Part shown: in pieces, positions 51,034 through 63,542 of the stretch
How the letters are laid out: every line of letters starts with the position of its first letter
Position numbering within the stretch: position 1 is the stretch's first letter
Assembly (NCBI GenBank): GCA_965248445.1
Contig: CBDFJG010000002.1
Location: 768,001-832,000, forward strand
DNA: 64,000 nucleotides
From: Planctomycetota bacterium
GTDB lineage: Bacteria > Planctomycetota > JAJSAM01 > JAJVHW01
Direction: 5' to 3'
Notes under the pieces: generated by a model
Databases searched by the model: none
What the model was told of the DNA's origin: nothing
The model's input: only the letters and a program-made list of their open reading frames with translations
Program-made: the position numbers and the translations under genes

Positions 51034-52674
51034 CCCTCTGTGCCAACGTGGCTGAGACACCGACCCCACGGATGATTACTGTGCAGGGCGGTGGAGGAAC
51101 CAGCGATGACGAACAACCACAACACAGCGCCGGGGGAGATCCCGGAGCCGAGGGAGGGCGAGCATAGCGAGCGCGATCGAGGCGGAGGGGGCTCCCCCGG
51201 GGCGCGCGGCCCGGGGGACGTTGGGGTGCGCGACCCCGAGGTCGTGCCGCGCGCCTCGCGGCGGCGCTTTGGCGCCGCGTACAAGCTACGGATCATCGAG
51301 GCGGCGGACGCGTGCACGAAGCCCGGCGAGATCGGCGCTCTCTTGCGCCGTGAGGGGCTGTACTCCTCGCACTTGTTGACGTGGCGGCGCGCGCGGGACC
51401 AGGGCCAGCTCGAGGCGCTCTCGCCCAAGCGGCGTGGTCCCAAGCCCGATCCGGACCGTGCGCTCAAGAAGCGCAACGAGCAGCTCGAGCGCGAAGTCGC
51501 CCGTCTCGAGAAGCGGCTCGAGACGGCCGAGGTGATCATCGACGTGCAGCGAAAAGTCTCACGGCTGCTGGGCATCGAGATGCCCGAGACGAGCGGGAGC
51601 GACACGTGATTGCGGCGGAGGAGCTGGGGGGACGCGTGGGCGTCGCCCCCGCGTGCCGCGCGCTCGGAGTCACGCGCGCCACGCTCTATCGGCGCCGAAC
51701 GGCACGCACGTGCCCCCGGCCCCAGCAGCCGCGCCGGCGCTCGCCGCGCGCCCTCACGATCGACGAGCGTCTTACCGTACTCGCGGTGCTGAGCGAGGAG
51801 CGCTTCTGCGATCTGTCACCGCTTGCGGCGTGGGCGATCCTGCTCGACGAGGGACGCTACCTGTGCTCGGTGCGCACGATGTACCGCATCCTCGGTGCGG
51901 CTGGTGCTGTGCGTGAGCGCCGCAACCAGCTGCGTCATCCCGCGTACAAGAAGCCCGAGCTCCTCGCGACCTCCCCGAACCAGGTCTGGAGCTGGGACAT
52001 CACCAAGCTCCGCGGCCCGGTGAAGTGGAGCTACTTCTATCTCTACGTCGTGCTCGACATCTACTCCCGCAACGTCGTGGGCTGGATGCTGGCGGACTGC
52101 GAGAGCGGTGCGCTGGCGACGGCACTCATCGAGCAGTCCTGCGAGAAGCAGGGGATCGCGGCGGAGCAGCTCACGATCCACTCCGATCGGGGGCCGCCGA
52201 TGATCAGCAAGCCGGTGGCCTTTCTGCTCGCCGATCTCGGCGTGACGAAGTCGCACAGCCGGCCGTACACGTCGAATGACAATCCGTTTTCCGAGAGCCA
52301 ATTCCGCACGCTGAAGTACCGGCCGGACTTCCCAGCGCGCTTCGGCTGCATCGAGGACGCGCGGGCGCACTGCCGCGCCTTTTTCCACTGGTACAACCGC
52401 GAGCATCGTCACTCGAGTCTCGGGCTGCTGACGCCCGAGACCGTGCACTACGGCCGCGCCGAAGCGGCCGTCGCCGCGCGCTCGGTCGTGCTCGATGCCG
52501 CGTACGCGGCGCATCCCGAGCGCTTCGTGCGCCGTGCGCCGACGCCGCCGGCTCTGCCGACCGAGACGTGGATCAACCCGCCGGCCCGGGAACTCGCGGC
52601 GCTGGAGACTGCGACACAGGAGGCTGCTCACTAAACTCGAAGACGCGGTGTCTCAAAGTCGTTGACACGTCCCG
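51034..52674 (+). mobile_element. IS3-like element B, copy 1 (orfA 51106-51609, orfB 51606-52634)
   Basis: LLRREGLYSSHL orfA; WSWDIT, HSDRG, NDNPFSE integrase core; repeated at 55440-57080. Confidence 0.88.
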
Positions 52675-52923
52675 ACAGGCCGATCGGTCACGCGTGTTCG
52701 GGGGCGCCGGCAGACTGCGCGTGCAGCGCCGCAAGGGCGGCGCGGCGCGCGCGGCGGCGTCCCCGGAGCGATGGGGGAGAGGTCGCGTCGGTGCCGCAGG
52801 GCAGGGCGGCGGATACAATCCCCCTGCCTGTGCATATAGCGTCCCCGGGATGACACCCGCTGACGTGTGTGCATAGGCAGGCAATCCCCTATCCGTCGCT
52901 ATCGTCTGCTCCGGGAGGCTGTG

Positions 52924-55236
52924 ATGCGCCGACTCGTGCCGCTGCTCGTCGTCGTGTTCCTGCTCGCCGCAGGCCCCGCCTCGCACGCCAGGCCGTTCAC
53001 CGAGCACCTCATCCCTCTGCAGGACAGGCTCAGCGAGCTACTGGAGGAATTCCTCGAGATTCCCGACGTCTCTCTCGAGAAGCCAGGGCGCCGCCTACGG
53101 GCGAACTACCGGCGCGCGCTGAAGGCGTTCCTGAAGGACTCCAAGGACCTCAAGGGCGACTTGAAGATCCTCAAGGCAGCCGGCAAGCACCTTGGAGTTC
53201 CCCCGGTTCGGTGGACACCCGGGGACTATGATACGGCGGCCTCCGGCCGTCGCCGCCTCTCGAACTCGATGGGCGACAGGTCCTCGATGGAGGAGTGTCG
53301 CCGCTGCGGATTGTAGAAGCCCTCGATGAAGTCGAACACCGCCAACCGCGCTGCGGACTTGGTCGAAAAGCTGGTGCGGTCGATCAACTCGGTCTCGAGC
53401 GTGGCGAAGAAGCTCTCGCACATGGCGTTGTCGTAGGCGTCTCCGACCGATCCCATGGACGGCCTGACGCCCGCTTCTCTGCAGCGCCGCCCGAAGGCGA
53501 GCGACGTGTACTGGCAGCCCTGGTCGGAGTGGTGGACGACTCCGAGGGGCTGGCGCTGGCGCACGGCCATCTCGAGTGCGTCCAGCACGATCTTGGTGTG
53601 GAGCGTCGTGGCCATGGACCAGCCGACGATCCGGCGGCTCCAGACGTCGAGGACGACCGCCAGGTACAGGAACCCCGTCCAGGTCGGCACGTACGTGATG
53701 TCGGCCACCCAGAGCTGATCGGGTGCGTCGGCCGTGAAGTCGCGATCGACCAGGTCGGCGGCCGGCGCCTGACGCTGCGAGCGCTTCGTGGTCTTGGCTC
53801 TCTTGCGGCGGCTCACGCCCTCGATCCCAGCCTGGCGCATGAGGCGCTCGACGCGCTTCCTACCGATGTGGAGGCCCTCGTAGCGCAGCTCGGCATGGAT
53901 GCGCGGTGATCCGTACGTCTGGCGAGAGCGCTCGTGGATCTCGCGGACGCGCTCGGTCAGGGCAGCGTCCTCGCGATCTCTCTTCGAGGGCGCACGGCCG
54001 CGCGATGCGTAGTACCCGCTCCTCGAGACGCCGAGGACCCGACACATGGTGGCCACGTCGTGCTCTGCCTGGTGATCGCTCACGAACCCGAACCCTTCTC
54101 TGGGATCGAGCGCGTCTCCCGAGCGAACCAGGCCGCGGCTTTTTTCAAGATGTCGCGCTCCTCGCGCAGCCGGCGCACATCTCGTCTGAGCTTGCGCAGC
54201 TCATCGCGCTCCGCGGTGGTCAAGCCGTCGTCACGCTCTCCGGCGTCCAGCGCGGCCTGCTTGATCCACTTGCGGATCGTCATCTCCGTCGGCTCGAACT
54301 CGCGGCACAGGCTCATCACGCTCCGGCCGGCGCGGTGCAACTCGACGATCTGGCGCTTGTACTCCTCGTCGTACGGTGGTCTCGATCTGGGCATCTGGAC
54401 ATCCTCCCAACCTCAGTGGTCGGGTGTCCACCGAACCGGGGGAACTCCACCTCGACAAGGCGCGCTTCGTCCCCGGTCCGTTCCCGTTCACGAACGACCC
54501 GGTCCTGCCCGTCCTGGAGAACGCATTCTCGGACATCGCGAAGGTCGTGCAGGACGGAGTCAATGACGCCAGTGTGCTGGCGGACGCGCTCTTGCCGTCG
54601 GGGCTCCAGAACGCCGCGCGTGACCTGTTGAAGAAGGCGCAGAAGAAGATCGACAAGTCGCGCGGGGAGCTCTCGACCGTCAAGCGGGCGAAGTTGCTAT
54701 TACAGGCGAGCAAGAAGAGTGCGGCAGCGCTCCAGCAGGTCCAGAAGGCGCTCAAGAAGGACCCGCGCCATCCGTGCGAGATAGCGGGCACTCCGCCCGG
54801 GCTGTTCGAGTTCACGGTGGACCGCGACCCGAGCGTCAGCCGGACGAACCAGGACGTGGACGCGTTCCGTTTCGACGGCGCGCTCACGCTGAGCGGGTTC
54901 AGCGATAATCCGTTCCGCGAGCCCGACTCGTTCAACCGGCTCAAGATCCTGTTTCAGCTCCACGACGTGCAGACCGTCGCACTGCCCCACGACTACGCGA
55001 TCGACGGCCCCGCCGGCGGCGTGCCCGGCGCCTCCGTGGCCTGGCTCTCGGAGGGCGGGGGCTTCAGCAACCGTGAGTTCGCCAGTGGTACCGTCACACT
55101 GGAGTCCTACGACTTTGCGACGCGGCGAGCATCCGGCAACTTCGACTTCGTCGTCGCTGACCGATTTGGAGACGCGCACGACGTCATCGGGACCTTCGAC
55201 TTCGACTGCTTCAGGGACGCGGGCGTGGACGAGTAG
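52924..55236 (+). pseudogene. Secreted protein gene interrupted by IS3 element A
   Basis: Signal peptide MRRLVPLLVVVFLLAAG; removing the IS and one CCT restores in-frame AGKHL-DKARF. Confidence 0.8.
53193..54449 (-). mobile_element. IS3-family element A, copy 2 (orfA 54080-54394, orfB 53226-54083)
   Basis: Same 1257 bp inverted; 3-bp target duplication CCT at 53190-53192 and 54450-54452. Confidence 0.93.
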
Positions 55237-55353
55237 CGCGCGCGCCGCCGCTACACTCCTGCCCGTGGGCGGACACGAGCGGTTGAGGCGGTGCTGATCG
55301 TGCTCGTTCTCGGGCATGGCGCGCTCTTCAGTTACTACGGCCGTGAGTAGAAG

Positions 55354-57150
55354 ATGAAGCTCACACGCATCCGGCTCGCGCTTCTCCTCTGCGTCGTCCT
55401 CCCCGCGTGCGCCGAGCCACCGCCCGTCGTAGCACCCCACCCTCTGTGCCAACGTGGCTGAGACACCGACCCCACGGATGATTACTGTGCAGGGCGGTGG
55501 AGGAACCAGCGATGACGAACAACCACAACACAGCGCCGGGGGAGATCCCGGAGCCGAGGGAGGGCGAGCATAGCGAGCGCGATCGAGGCGGAGGGGGCTC
55601 CCCCGGGGCGCGCGGCCCGGGGGACGTTGGGGTGCGCGACCCCGAGGTCGTGCCGCGCGCCTCGCGGCGGCGCTTTGGCGCCGCGTACAAGCTACGGATC
55701 ATCGAGGCGGCGGACGCGTGCACGAAGCCCGGCGAGATCGGCGCTCTCTTGCGCCGTGAGGGGCTGTACTCCTCGCACTTGTTGACGTGGCGGCGCGCGC
55801 GGGACCAGGGCCAGCTCGAGGCGCTCTCGCCCAAGCGGCGTGGTCCCAAGCCCGATCCGGACCGTGCGCTCAAGAAGCGCAACGAGCAGCTCGAGCGCGA
55901 AGTCGCCCGTCTCGAGAAGCGGCTCGAGACGGCCGAGGTGATCATCGACGTGCAGCGAAAAGTCTCACGGCTGCTGGGCATCGAGATGCCCGAGACGAGC
56001 GGGAGCGACACGTGATTGCGGCGGAGGAGCTGGGGGGACGCGTGGGCGTCGCCCCCGCGTGCCGCGCGCTCGGAGTCACGCGCGCCACGCTCTATCGGCG
56101 CCGAACGGCACGCACGTGCCCCCGGCCCCAGCAGCCGCGCCGGCGCTCGCCGCGCGCCCTCACGATCGACGAGCGTCTTACCGTACTCGCGGTGCTGAGC
56201 GAGGAGCGCTTCTGCGATCTGTCACCGCTTGCGGCGTGGGCGATCCTGCTCGACGAGGGACGCTACCTGTGCTCGGTGCGCACGATGTACCGCATCCTCG
56301 GTGCGGCTGGTGCTGTGCGTGAGCGCCGCAACCAGCTGCGTCATCCCGCGTACAAGAAGCCCGAGCTCCTCGCGACCTCCCCGAACCAGGTCTGGAGCTG
56401 GGACATCACCAAGCTCCGCGGCCCGGTGAAGTGGAGCTACTTCTATCTCTACGTCGTGCTCGACATCTACTCCCGCAACGTCGTGGGCTGGATGCTGGCG
56501 GACTGCGAGAGCGGTGCGCTGGCGACGGCACTCATCGAGCAGTCCTGCGAGAAGCAGGGGATCGCGGCGGAGCAGCTCACGATCCACTCCGATCGGGGGC
56601 CGCCGATGATCAGCAAGCCGGTGGCCTTTCTGCTCGCCGATCTCGGCGTGACGAAGTCGCACAGCCGGCCGTACACGTCGAATGACAATCCGTTTTCCGA
56701 GAGCCAATTCCGCACGCTGAAGTACCGGCCGGACTTCCCAGCGCGCTTCGGCTGCATCGAGGACGCGCGGGCGCACTGCCGCGCCTTTTTCCACTGGTAC
56801 AACCGCGAGCATCGTCACTCGAGTCTCGGGCTGCTGACGCCCGAGACCGTGCACTACGGCCGCGCCGAAGCGGCCGTCGCCGCGCGCTCGGTCGTGCTCG
56901 ATGCCGCGTACGCGGCGCATCCCGAGCGCTTCGTGCGCCGTGCGCCGACGCCGCCGGCTCTGCCGACCGAGACGTGGATCAACCCGCCGGCCCGGGAACT
57001 CGCGGCGCTGGAGACTGCGACACAGGAGGCTGCTCACTAAACTCGAAGACGCGGTGTCTCAAAGTCGTTGACACGTCCCGAGGCGCCCGGTCGCGCATCC
57101 GCAACCACTACATCATCGAGGCCGTTCGCGAGTTCCTCCAGGGGGAGTAG
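55354..57150 (+). pseudogene. Small lipoprotein-like gene interrupted by element B
   Basis: MKLTRIRLALLLCVVLPAC before the IS; GARSRIRNHYIIEAVREFLQGE-stop after it. Confidence 0.4.
55440..57080 (+). mobile_element. IS3-like element B, copy 2 (orfA 55512-56015, orfB 56012-57040)
   Basis: Direct repeat of 51034-52674 (offset 4406); identical ORF translations. Confidence 0.88.
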
Positions 57151-57152
57151 CG

Positions 57153-57509
57153 GTGAACCTGCTCGGGTGGTCGTGGCGCGGGCCCGAGGTCGCGCCGGCG
57201 GCGCCAGACTCAGAGGGCGGCCCGCGCGGGTGGATCTTCATCGCGGTGGCGCTCGCCTACCCTCTCGTCCGCGGACTGAATCCAGACGGCGTCACGCCGT
57301 GGTTCTCCCCGCCGCAGGAGTTGTGGATCGCCGCAACGCTCTTCGGCCTGCTCGCAGCGGAGGCCGCCGCGCGACGCTCCATCCTCAGGCTGCTCGCCTC
57401 GCTCCTGCTCTTCGTCCCGCTCGCGTACGGATGGCTCTGGGTTCTCTCATGGGTGATCGGGATGGTGCTCCCGGTGATGTGGGGAGACGACCCACGACCG
57501 CCTCGGTAA
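57153..57509 (+). CDS. Hypothetical membrane protein
   Basis: 118 aa with about 3 hydrophobic segments; GGAG upstream. Confidence 0.45.
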   Translation: MNLLGWSWRGPEVAPAAPDSEGGPRGWIFIAVALAYPLVRGLNPDGVTPWFSPPQELWIAATLFGLLAAEAAARRSILRLLASLLLFVPLAYGWLWVLSWVIGMVLPVMWGDDPRPPR

Positions 57510-57591
57510 GAGGTGAGTAGAAGGGTGAGTAGTCGGTCCTGGCCTCTCTACTCGGCCCTTGTCAATCGCCGCTAAAGCCTTATGGTTGCGG

Positions 57592-57667
<76 letters not shown>

Positions 57668-57812
57668 ACCGGTTCGCGGCGGGCGAGGCTAGCGCGTGCC
57701 GCACGCTCCGGTGAGCGGGGGTCGAGGGTCCCGAGCCTCCGGACCCCGGCGAATCACAAAGCGCCGGGGCGGAATCCGACATGTAGTGAGGGGCACCCTG
57801 CCCCACCGTCCC

Positions 57813-58628
57813 ATGTCCGGTACTCCCCCCACCGTCGGCGCTGCGCGTCCCACCACCGCCCTGCTGGCCGTGTTGGCGATTGGGCTCGTGATCCGGTGCG
57901 TGTTCGTGGACCACCCGTTCGACGCGCGCACCCTCATGGCATGGCGCGAGGCGGACTACGTGCAGCTGGCGCGCAACTTCCTCCGTGAGGACTGGAGCCT
58001 GTTCCATCCGCGGGTCGACTGGCGCGGGAGCACGTCGGGACTGGCCGAGGTCGAACTGCCGCTGATCCCGTGGATCGGCGCACTGCTCTACCGCCTGTTC
58101 GGCTACCACGAGGAGATCCTGCGCGTGCTATCGGCGGCGCTGTCGTGTGGCGCGCTCCTGGCGTTCACGCGACTCTCCCGGCGGCTGCTCGCGCCTGCCG
58201 GCGCGCTGGCTGCGGTGGCGCTCTACGCCGTCAACCCGTTGCTGTTCGGCATCAGCGGCGGCATCCAGCCCGAACCACTGCTGCTCGTGCTGTCTGTGCT
58301 CGCAGCCGACGCCCTGCTGCAGTACGCGGATGCAGCGACGCCGCAACGCCTCCTGATCGCCTGCGCCTGGCTCGGGGCTGCCATGCTGGCGAAGAGCCCG
58401 GCCGTGCACCTTGGTCTATTGACCGCGTTCCTCGTGCTGCGGCACGAAGGACGCATCGCGTTCCGCTCGTGGCACGTGTACGCGGGAGCGGCACTCGCGC
58501 TGCTGCCTCCGCTTGCGTGGTACGCGTGGGCGCATGGGCACTATCTCGACACCGGACTGTCATTCGGCGTGTCGAACGAGACGCACTTGATATCGACCGA
58601 GATGATCCTGCACCCGGGTGGCTGGCTG
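57813..58628 (+). pseudogene. ArnT/GT39-like membrane glycosyltransferase truncated by IS66
   Basis: WREADY..LARNF...PRVDW...ELPL motif and several TMs; ends at the IS66 IR with no continuation seen after the IS. Confidence 0.75.
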
Positions 58629-60128
58629 GTAACCGTTCACCCCTTCGTCGCGAGCCAGGATCCAGATCGTTCGGCCATCGGTCGATCAAGATGTTGTGGG
58701 CGAGCGGCAGGACGAGGATCTGCGGGCGATGGTCGAGGGCCTTCTGGCCTGGATCGAGGAGCTGGAGCGTCGCGAAGCGAAGCATCTGCGCCGCATCGAC
58801 GAGCTCGAGTCGCGTCTGAAGCGTGACTCCCGCAACAGCTCGAGGCCTCCGTCGTCGGACCCGGCGTGGTCCAAGCGCCGTCGCGGCCGAAGGCCGCGTA
58901 GCGGTCGCAAGCAGGGCGGACAGCCGGGCCATGAGGGCACGGCGCGCGAGCTGGTGGATCCGTCCAACGTCGATGAGACCAAGGACCACCGTCCCGACCG
59001 CTGCGACGCGTGCGGACACGACGATCTCGAGCAGGGCATCGGCGATCCGTACCGGCACCAGGTGACGGTGCTCCCGCGCGTGCTCGTCACGGTGCGGGAG
59101 CACCGGCTGCACAAGGCGCGGTGCCGGCGCTGTCGTGCGGTCACGACGGCGGTCCTGCCCGATGGCGTGCCGACCGGGGCCTTCGGTCCGCGGCTGACCA
59201 CACTTGCCGGCGCGCTGCGCGGCGTGTACCGCGTGAGCGTGCGGGAGACGCAGCGGCTGCTCGGTGAGATCTTCGGTGTGAAGATGTCGCTGGGCAAGAT
59301 CAGCGACTGTGAGCGTCGGCTCAGTGACGCTCTGCACTCGTCGTACCTCGAAGCCCTCGGGGCAGTCCGCACGTCGCTGCGAGCCAACGTGGACGAGACG
59401 TCGTGGAAGGAACGGGGCCGGGTGTGCTGGCTGTGGGCGGCGGAGAGCGAGCACGCCACAGCCTTCGGGATCGATCGCCGCCGCAGTGCCAAGGCGAAAG
59501 GGCGGCTGATCGGGCGGCGCTTCGGTGGCACGGTGATCAGCGACCGGATGGGTGCCTACGAGTCACACCCACTTGCCCGCCGCCAGCTCTGCTGGGCGCA
59601 CATCGAGCGCGCCTTCCGTGCGCTGGCCGAAGGCCCGCGAGGACATCGCCGCTTCGGCAACAAGGGCGTCATGATCGCGCAGTCGGTCATGCGCAGCTAC
59701 CGGCTCTTCGGTGAGCACGGCGACCGTGACCGGCTGCAAGGCGAAGCCGCTGTGCTGCGCGGACGGCTCGAGCGACTGATCGCGAACGACGACTCGGCTC
59801 TGGCCAACCATCTGCGCCCCCGCGTGGTCGCCCTCTTCACCTATGCGCGGACCCAGGACGTGAGTCCGACCAACAACGCCGCCGAGCGCGCGGTCCGCAA
59901 AGCGGTGCTCTGGCGCAAGGGCTCCTTCGGAAGCCAGTCCGCTCGCGGACTCCGCTTCGCCGAGCGCGTGTTGACCGCCGCGGCCACGCTGCGACGCCGT
60001 GGCGACCAAGTCTTCGACTTCCTCGCCGACTCGGTCGCCGCGCACCTCACCGGCGCCGACCCGCCCGTCATGGTCCCGCTGCCCCTCGCACGCTGAGGCT
60101 CACACGCTGTCAAGGGGTGAACGGTTAC
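58629..60128 (+). mobile_element. IS66-family element, copy 2 (transposase 58696-60096)
   Basis: Same IRs and length as copy 1; at least 3 substitutions visible. Confidence 0.9.
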
Positions 60129-60487
60129 CGCGCCTCTGCGCGCGCCGGATTCGCCGCCCTCAGCGCGCTACAGGCGCTCTCTGGTGCCGCCTCTCGCGTG
60201 TCGCGGTCGATCTGATCCGCGGCGTCGCCGCGGAACACGTGGCCGGAGTCGAAGGCCGACCGGCCGGCGGACATCTCGCGATGGCCGCGTGAGAGCGGCT
60301 TCTTCAACACGCTGCTAGACGCGTCCGCGTTGGTCCTCGTCCAGCCGCGAGCCTTGTGCAGTATCACGATTGACTCTGCTTTCTCAGTTGAGAGTCTATG
60401 CGAATCGCTCGGAGTGAGAAGAATGAATGGGCGCGTCCACGCGCAACATTCGAGATTGAGCGCTGTTTCGCCACCGGGGGGAGCTAG

Positions 60488-62156
60488 CCGCATCTGTTCA
60501 CGAGACGTCGCGATGACGGTGCTTTCGGAGTCCACAGGGTCAGATCTTGGCCAGGCGAGGGCGGATGCTGTCGTCGTTGCCACAAGGGCAACGCGAGTGA
60601 GCGGCCGAAACGGCGCGGATTCTGCGGTGTGGGCAGACCGTAGGCCGGGCGGTGGTGTGGCGGACGGCGCGGCGGGACGTCAGGTCGGCTTCGGGGATGC
60701 CAGCAGTCGTTGCGCGCAGCGCTCGAAGACGTGCTGCCAGGGCCACGACGAGGACATCGAGACCCAGATCCGGCGCGTCGTGATCCGCACGAGCGCGCCG
60801 ATCTTGAGCAGCCGCAGGCGGATCGTGCCGGCTTGCGCACGCGCCATCTCGGTGCCGGCGAGACCGATGCGTCGCAGCGCACAGGTCAGGACGTAGGCCA
60901 TGGCCGACATGGCCATCCGCACGGCGTTGCCCTGCATCGTGTGCACCGACAGACGGGTGCCGAAGAGCTCGAGCTGCTGCTCCTTGATGCGATTCTCCGC
61001 CTCGCCCCGGGCGCAGTAGAGCTGCTCGTAGAGACGCTTGCTGCTCCAGCTACGAGGCGGCAGATTGGTCACCACGAAGCGGGGATTGCGCTTGCCGCCC
61101 GGCAGGTGCTCGGCCTTGGCGACCACGCGACGCCTCTGGCTCCAGCTCCCCAGCGTGGTCCAGGCAAAGTCGCGAAAGACCCGGGCTGCTCGGCCGGTCT
61201 GCACGGCACGGGCTGCGGCCTCATCGAGCGCGTCTTCGACGTGTCGCTCAAGGCGCTCATTGCGCGCCATGCCCAGCAGGTAGAAGTGGCCGGCGGCCTC
61301 GCACCAGGCCATCAGCTCCTCGCGGCAAAAGCCCGAGTCTGCGCGCACGAGCACCTTGGCCCGGGGCCAGCGGCGCCGCAGACGTAAGACCAGCGCACGG
61401 AGCTCGTCCACGACTCCGCGCGCGGGATCTCTGTCAGCGGTCTGGAGCCGAGCGAGCAAGAGGTGCTCGCCGCAGAAGACGTACAGCGGCAGGTAGCAGT
61501 AGTGCCCGTAGTAGCCGTGGAAGAAGCGGCCCTCCTGCCGGCCGTGCAGCCGCACGTCGGAGTGGTCCAGGTCCAGCACGAGCAGGCCCGGATCCTCCGG
61601 CCCCATGGCCTCGCAGAAGACGTCGCTGAGCACGCTGTCCACGCGCTCCTGGTCCATCTCGATCTTGGCGTAGCGCGTCTGTGCCGTGGCGCCGAGCTGC
61701 GTGGTCTCGAGCCGCGAGAGCGTCGGGTGCGTGGCCAGAGCACCCTCGCGCTTGCCGCACGCCGCGGCAAACAGCGGGTCCTTGCCGACATGGTCGTGGT
61801 CCACCAGATCCTCGTAGCCCGCGCACAGCCCGAAGACCCGCTGACGCAGCATCTGGCCGACCGTGTGCTCGACCCGACGCGGGTCCCGGTGGTCCCCGAA
61901 GCAGCGCGCAAACCGCGAGAGCAGATCGATGCGACGATCGACCCGCTCGAGCAGCAGCACGCCCCCGTCGCTCGTCACGGTACCGGCGTCGAAGCGCGTC
62001 ACCGCGGTGCGTCCACAGATGCCCGCGAAGAGGGTCCCCTGCGGGCTACAGTCTGTCGTCATCGGGCCGGCGCTCCTGTCGGTGCAAGTACTAGCGAGTA
62101 CGAGCACTTAGACAGACGACGGCCCGCTCAGATTCCCGGCTGGTGAACGATTCGGG
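60488..62156 (-). mobile_element. Intact IS1380-family element (1669 bp; transposase 60680-62062)
   Basis: Imperfect IRs CCCGAATCGTTCACCA / CCGCATCTGTTCACGA; CTAG on both flanks (60484-60487, 62157-62160); YCARGEAENRIKE motif. Confidence 0.9.
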
Positions 62157-63542
62157 CTAGTACCGCTCGGTGATGCGGTAGGTTACCCACCAGATCGTCT
62201 TCGAGAGATCCCCCTCCGCCGCCTTCTCGGCCGCCTCCAAGATGGGCACCGCGGGCTCACCTATCATGATCAGCGCCGCCTCGGCTCGCAGCGCCACATC
62301 ACGGTCGTCCGAACTGAGGAGGCCGATGAGCTTCCTCACCGTGGACTCGTCCTGTGGCGGATCGACCAGCGAAACGGCAGTGCCATCGGGGAATCGCAGG
62401 ACGGCCTTCGGATCGGGGGTGATCCGCAGCGTGCAGGCCGCGGGCACCTCGTAGTCGAAGTTCGTGACGCTCAGCTCCCAGTAGCGATCTCCGTTGGCGG
62501 TCAGGTTCCGCTGCATCACCGGCACGAGGAGCGCAAGGAGTTCGCCTTCCTTGGCTTCGACGTACTCGTTCGGGCGGTTCGCCGCTTGCCCGTAGATGCT
62601 CATCGTGACCTCGCCGCCGCGGCTCATCGCCAGCTCCGCGGTGAAGAGGACCGGATCTGAGAACTTGAAGAAGAAGGTCTTCCCCGAAGCGTCCTCTGTG
62701 TCCCCCGCCGTTGCCAGCTCGAACTCGTACGTCCCCGGCGGCGTGATCTCCCACTCGCTCAACCGGAAGGGCACGTCGGGACTGCGGGCGAGCGCGACGG
62801 CGATCTCGCGCAACACGGACGTGAACTCCGGGGTCCACGCCCGGATGTCGGCGTTGATGCCGCAGAGCACGAAGTTCCCCTGGCGCGCGATCGGGGCGTA
62901 TTCAGCGTCGTCCGCCCACCGGGCGATCCCTTCGACCTGCGTGACCAGATGCTCGGTTTTCGGCAGATGCAGCCCCGCGCAGTCCCATGTCGGTGGTCCG
63001 CCCGGGAGTGCGCTCGCTCGAAATGCCACTATCCGCGCATCGGCAAGGTCGTGCGGGACCGATCGCCCGCTCCCGAGTCGGATGGTCGGCTCCGACTCGT
63101 CGGAACTCGCGCCCCCACCGCCTCGGACGTCCAGGCCGATGGACCCGAATGCGACGCCCGCCTCCCGCCCTATCCCAAGGACCCTTCGCCGCTTCAGCGG
63201 CTCGAAGTCGTGATCCCAGAGCAACTCGTCGTCCGTCGTTGACCAGGTCTCGGCGATCCCGCGGATCACGAGGACATCTGCGTCCGCCGCCATCCACGCT
63301 TCCGAGGTCTCGTAGAGCTTGACGGTCGCTTCGCCGCCCTCCGTCAGCATGGCCGCGAGCGCCTCGGTATCGTCAGGGGCTCCCGGGGCGTACCACACCG
63401 CAAAGGATGCAGGCTGCGTCGCCTGCGGCTGCTGCTTCAGGGTGTCTTCATCCCCTCCGCACCCGACCAGAGAGCCGACGACCAGCACCACGACGAGGGT
63501 CCACTTCGCAACCATCAATTCGATCCTTCCTTTCACTCGCAT
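62157..63542 (-). CDS. Hypothetical lipoprotein with a C-terminal HEAT-like unit
   Basis: Lipobox LVGC; LSSDDRDVALRAEAALIMIGEPAVP; start uncertain. Confidence 0.6.
   Translation of the reverse strand: MRVKGRIELMVAKWTLVVVLVVGSLVGCGGDEDTLKQQPQATQPASFAVWYAPGAPDDTEALAAMLTEGGEATVKLYETSEAWMAADADVLVIRGIAETWSTTDDELLWDHDFEPLKRRRVLGIGREAGVAFGSIGLDVRGGGGASSDESEPTIRLGSGRSVPHDLADARIVAFRASALPGGPPTWDCAGLHLPKTEHLVTQVEGIARWADDAEYAPIARQGNFVLCGINADIRAWTPEFTSVLREIAVALARSPDVPFRLSEWEITPPGTYEFELATAGDTEDASGKTFFFKFSDPVLFTAELAMSRGGEVTMSIYGQAANRPNEYVEAKEGELLALLVPVMQRNLTANGDRYWELSVTNFDYEVPAACTLRITPDPKAVLRFPDGTAVSLVDPPQDESTVRKLIGLLSSDDRDVALRAEAALIMIGEPAVPILEAAEKAAEGDLSKTIWWVTYRITERY

Noticed and set aside
49650..54449. 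Inversion or composite bounded by the two inverted IS3 A copies
   Set aside because: Copy 2 has its own CCT duplication and the interrupted gene rejoins in frame, so it is an independent insertion.
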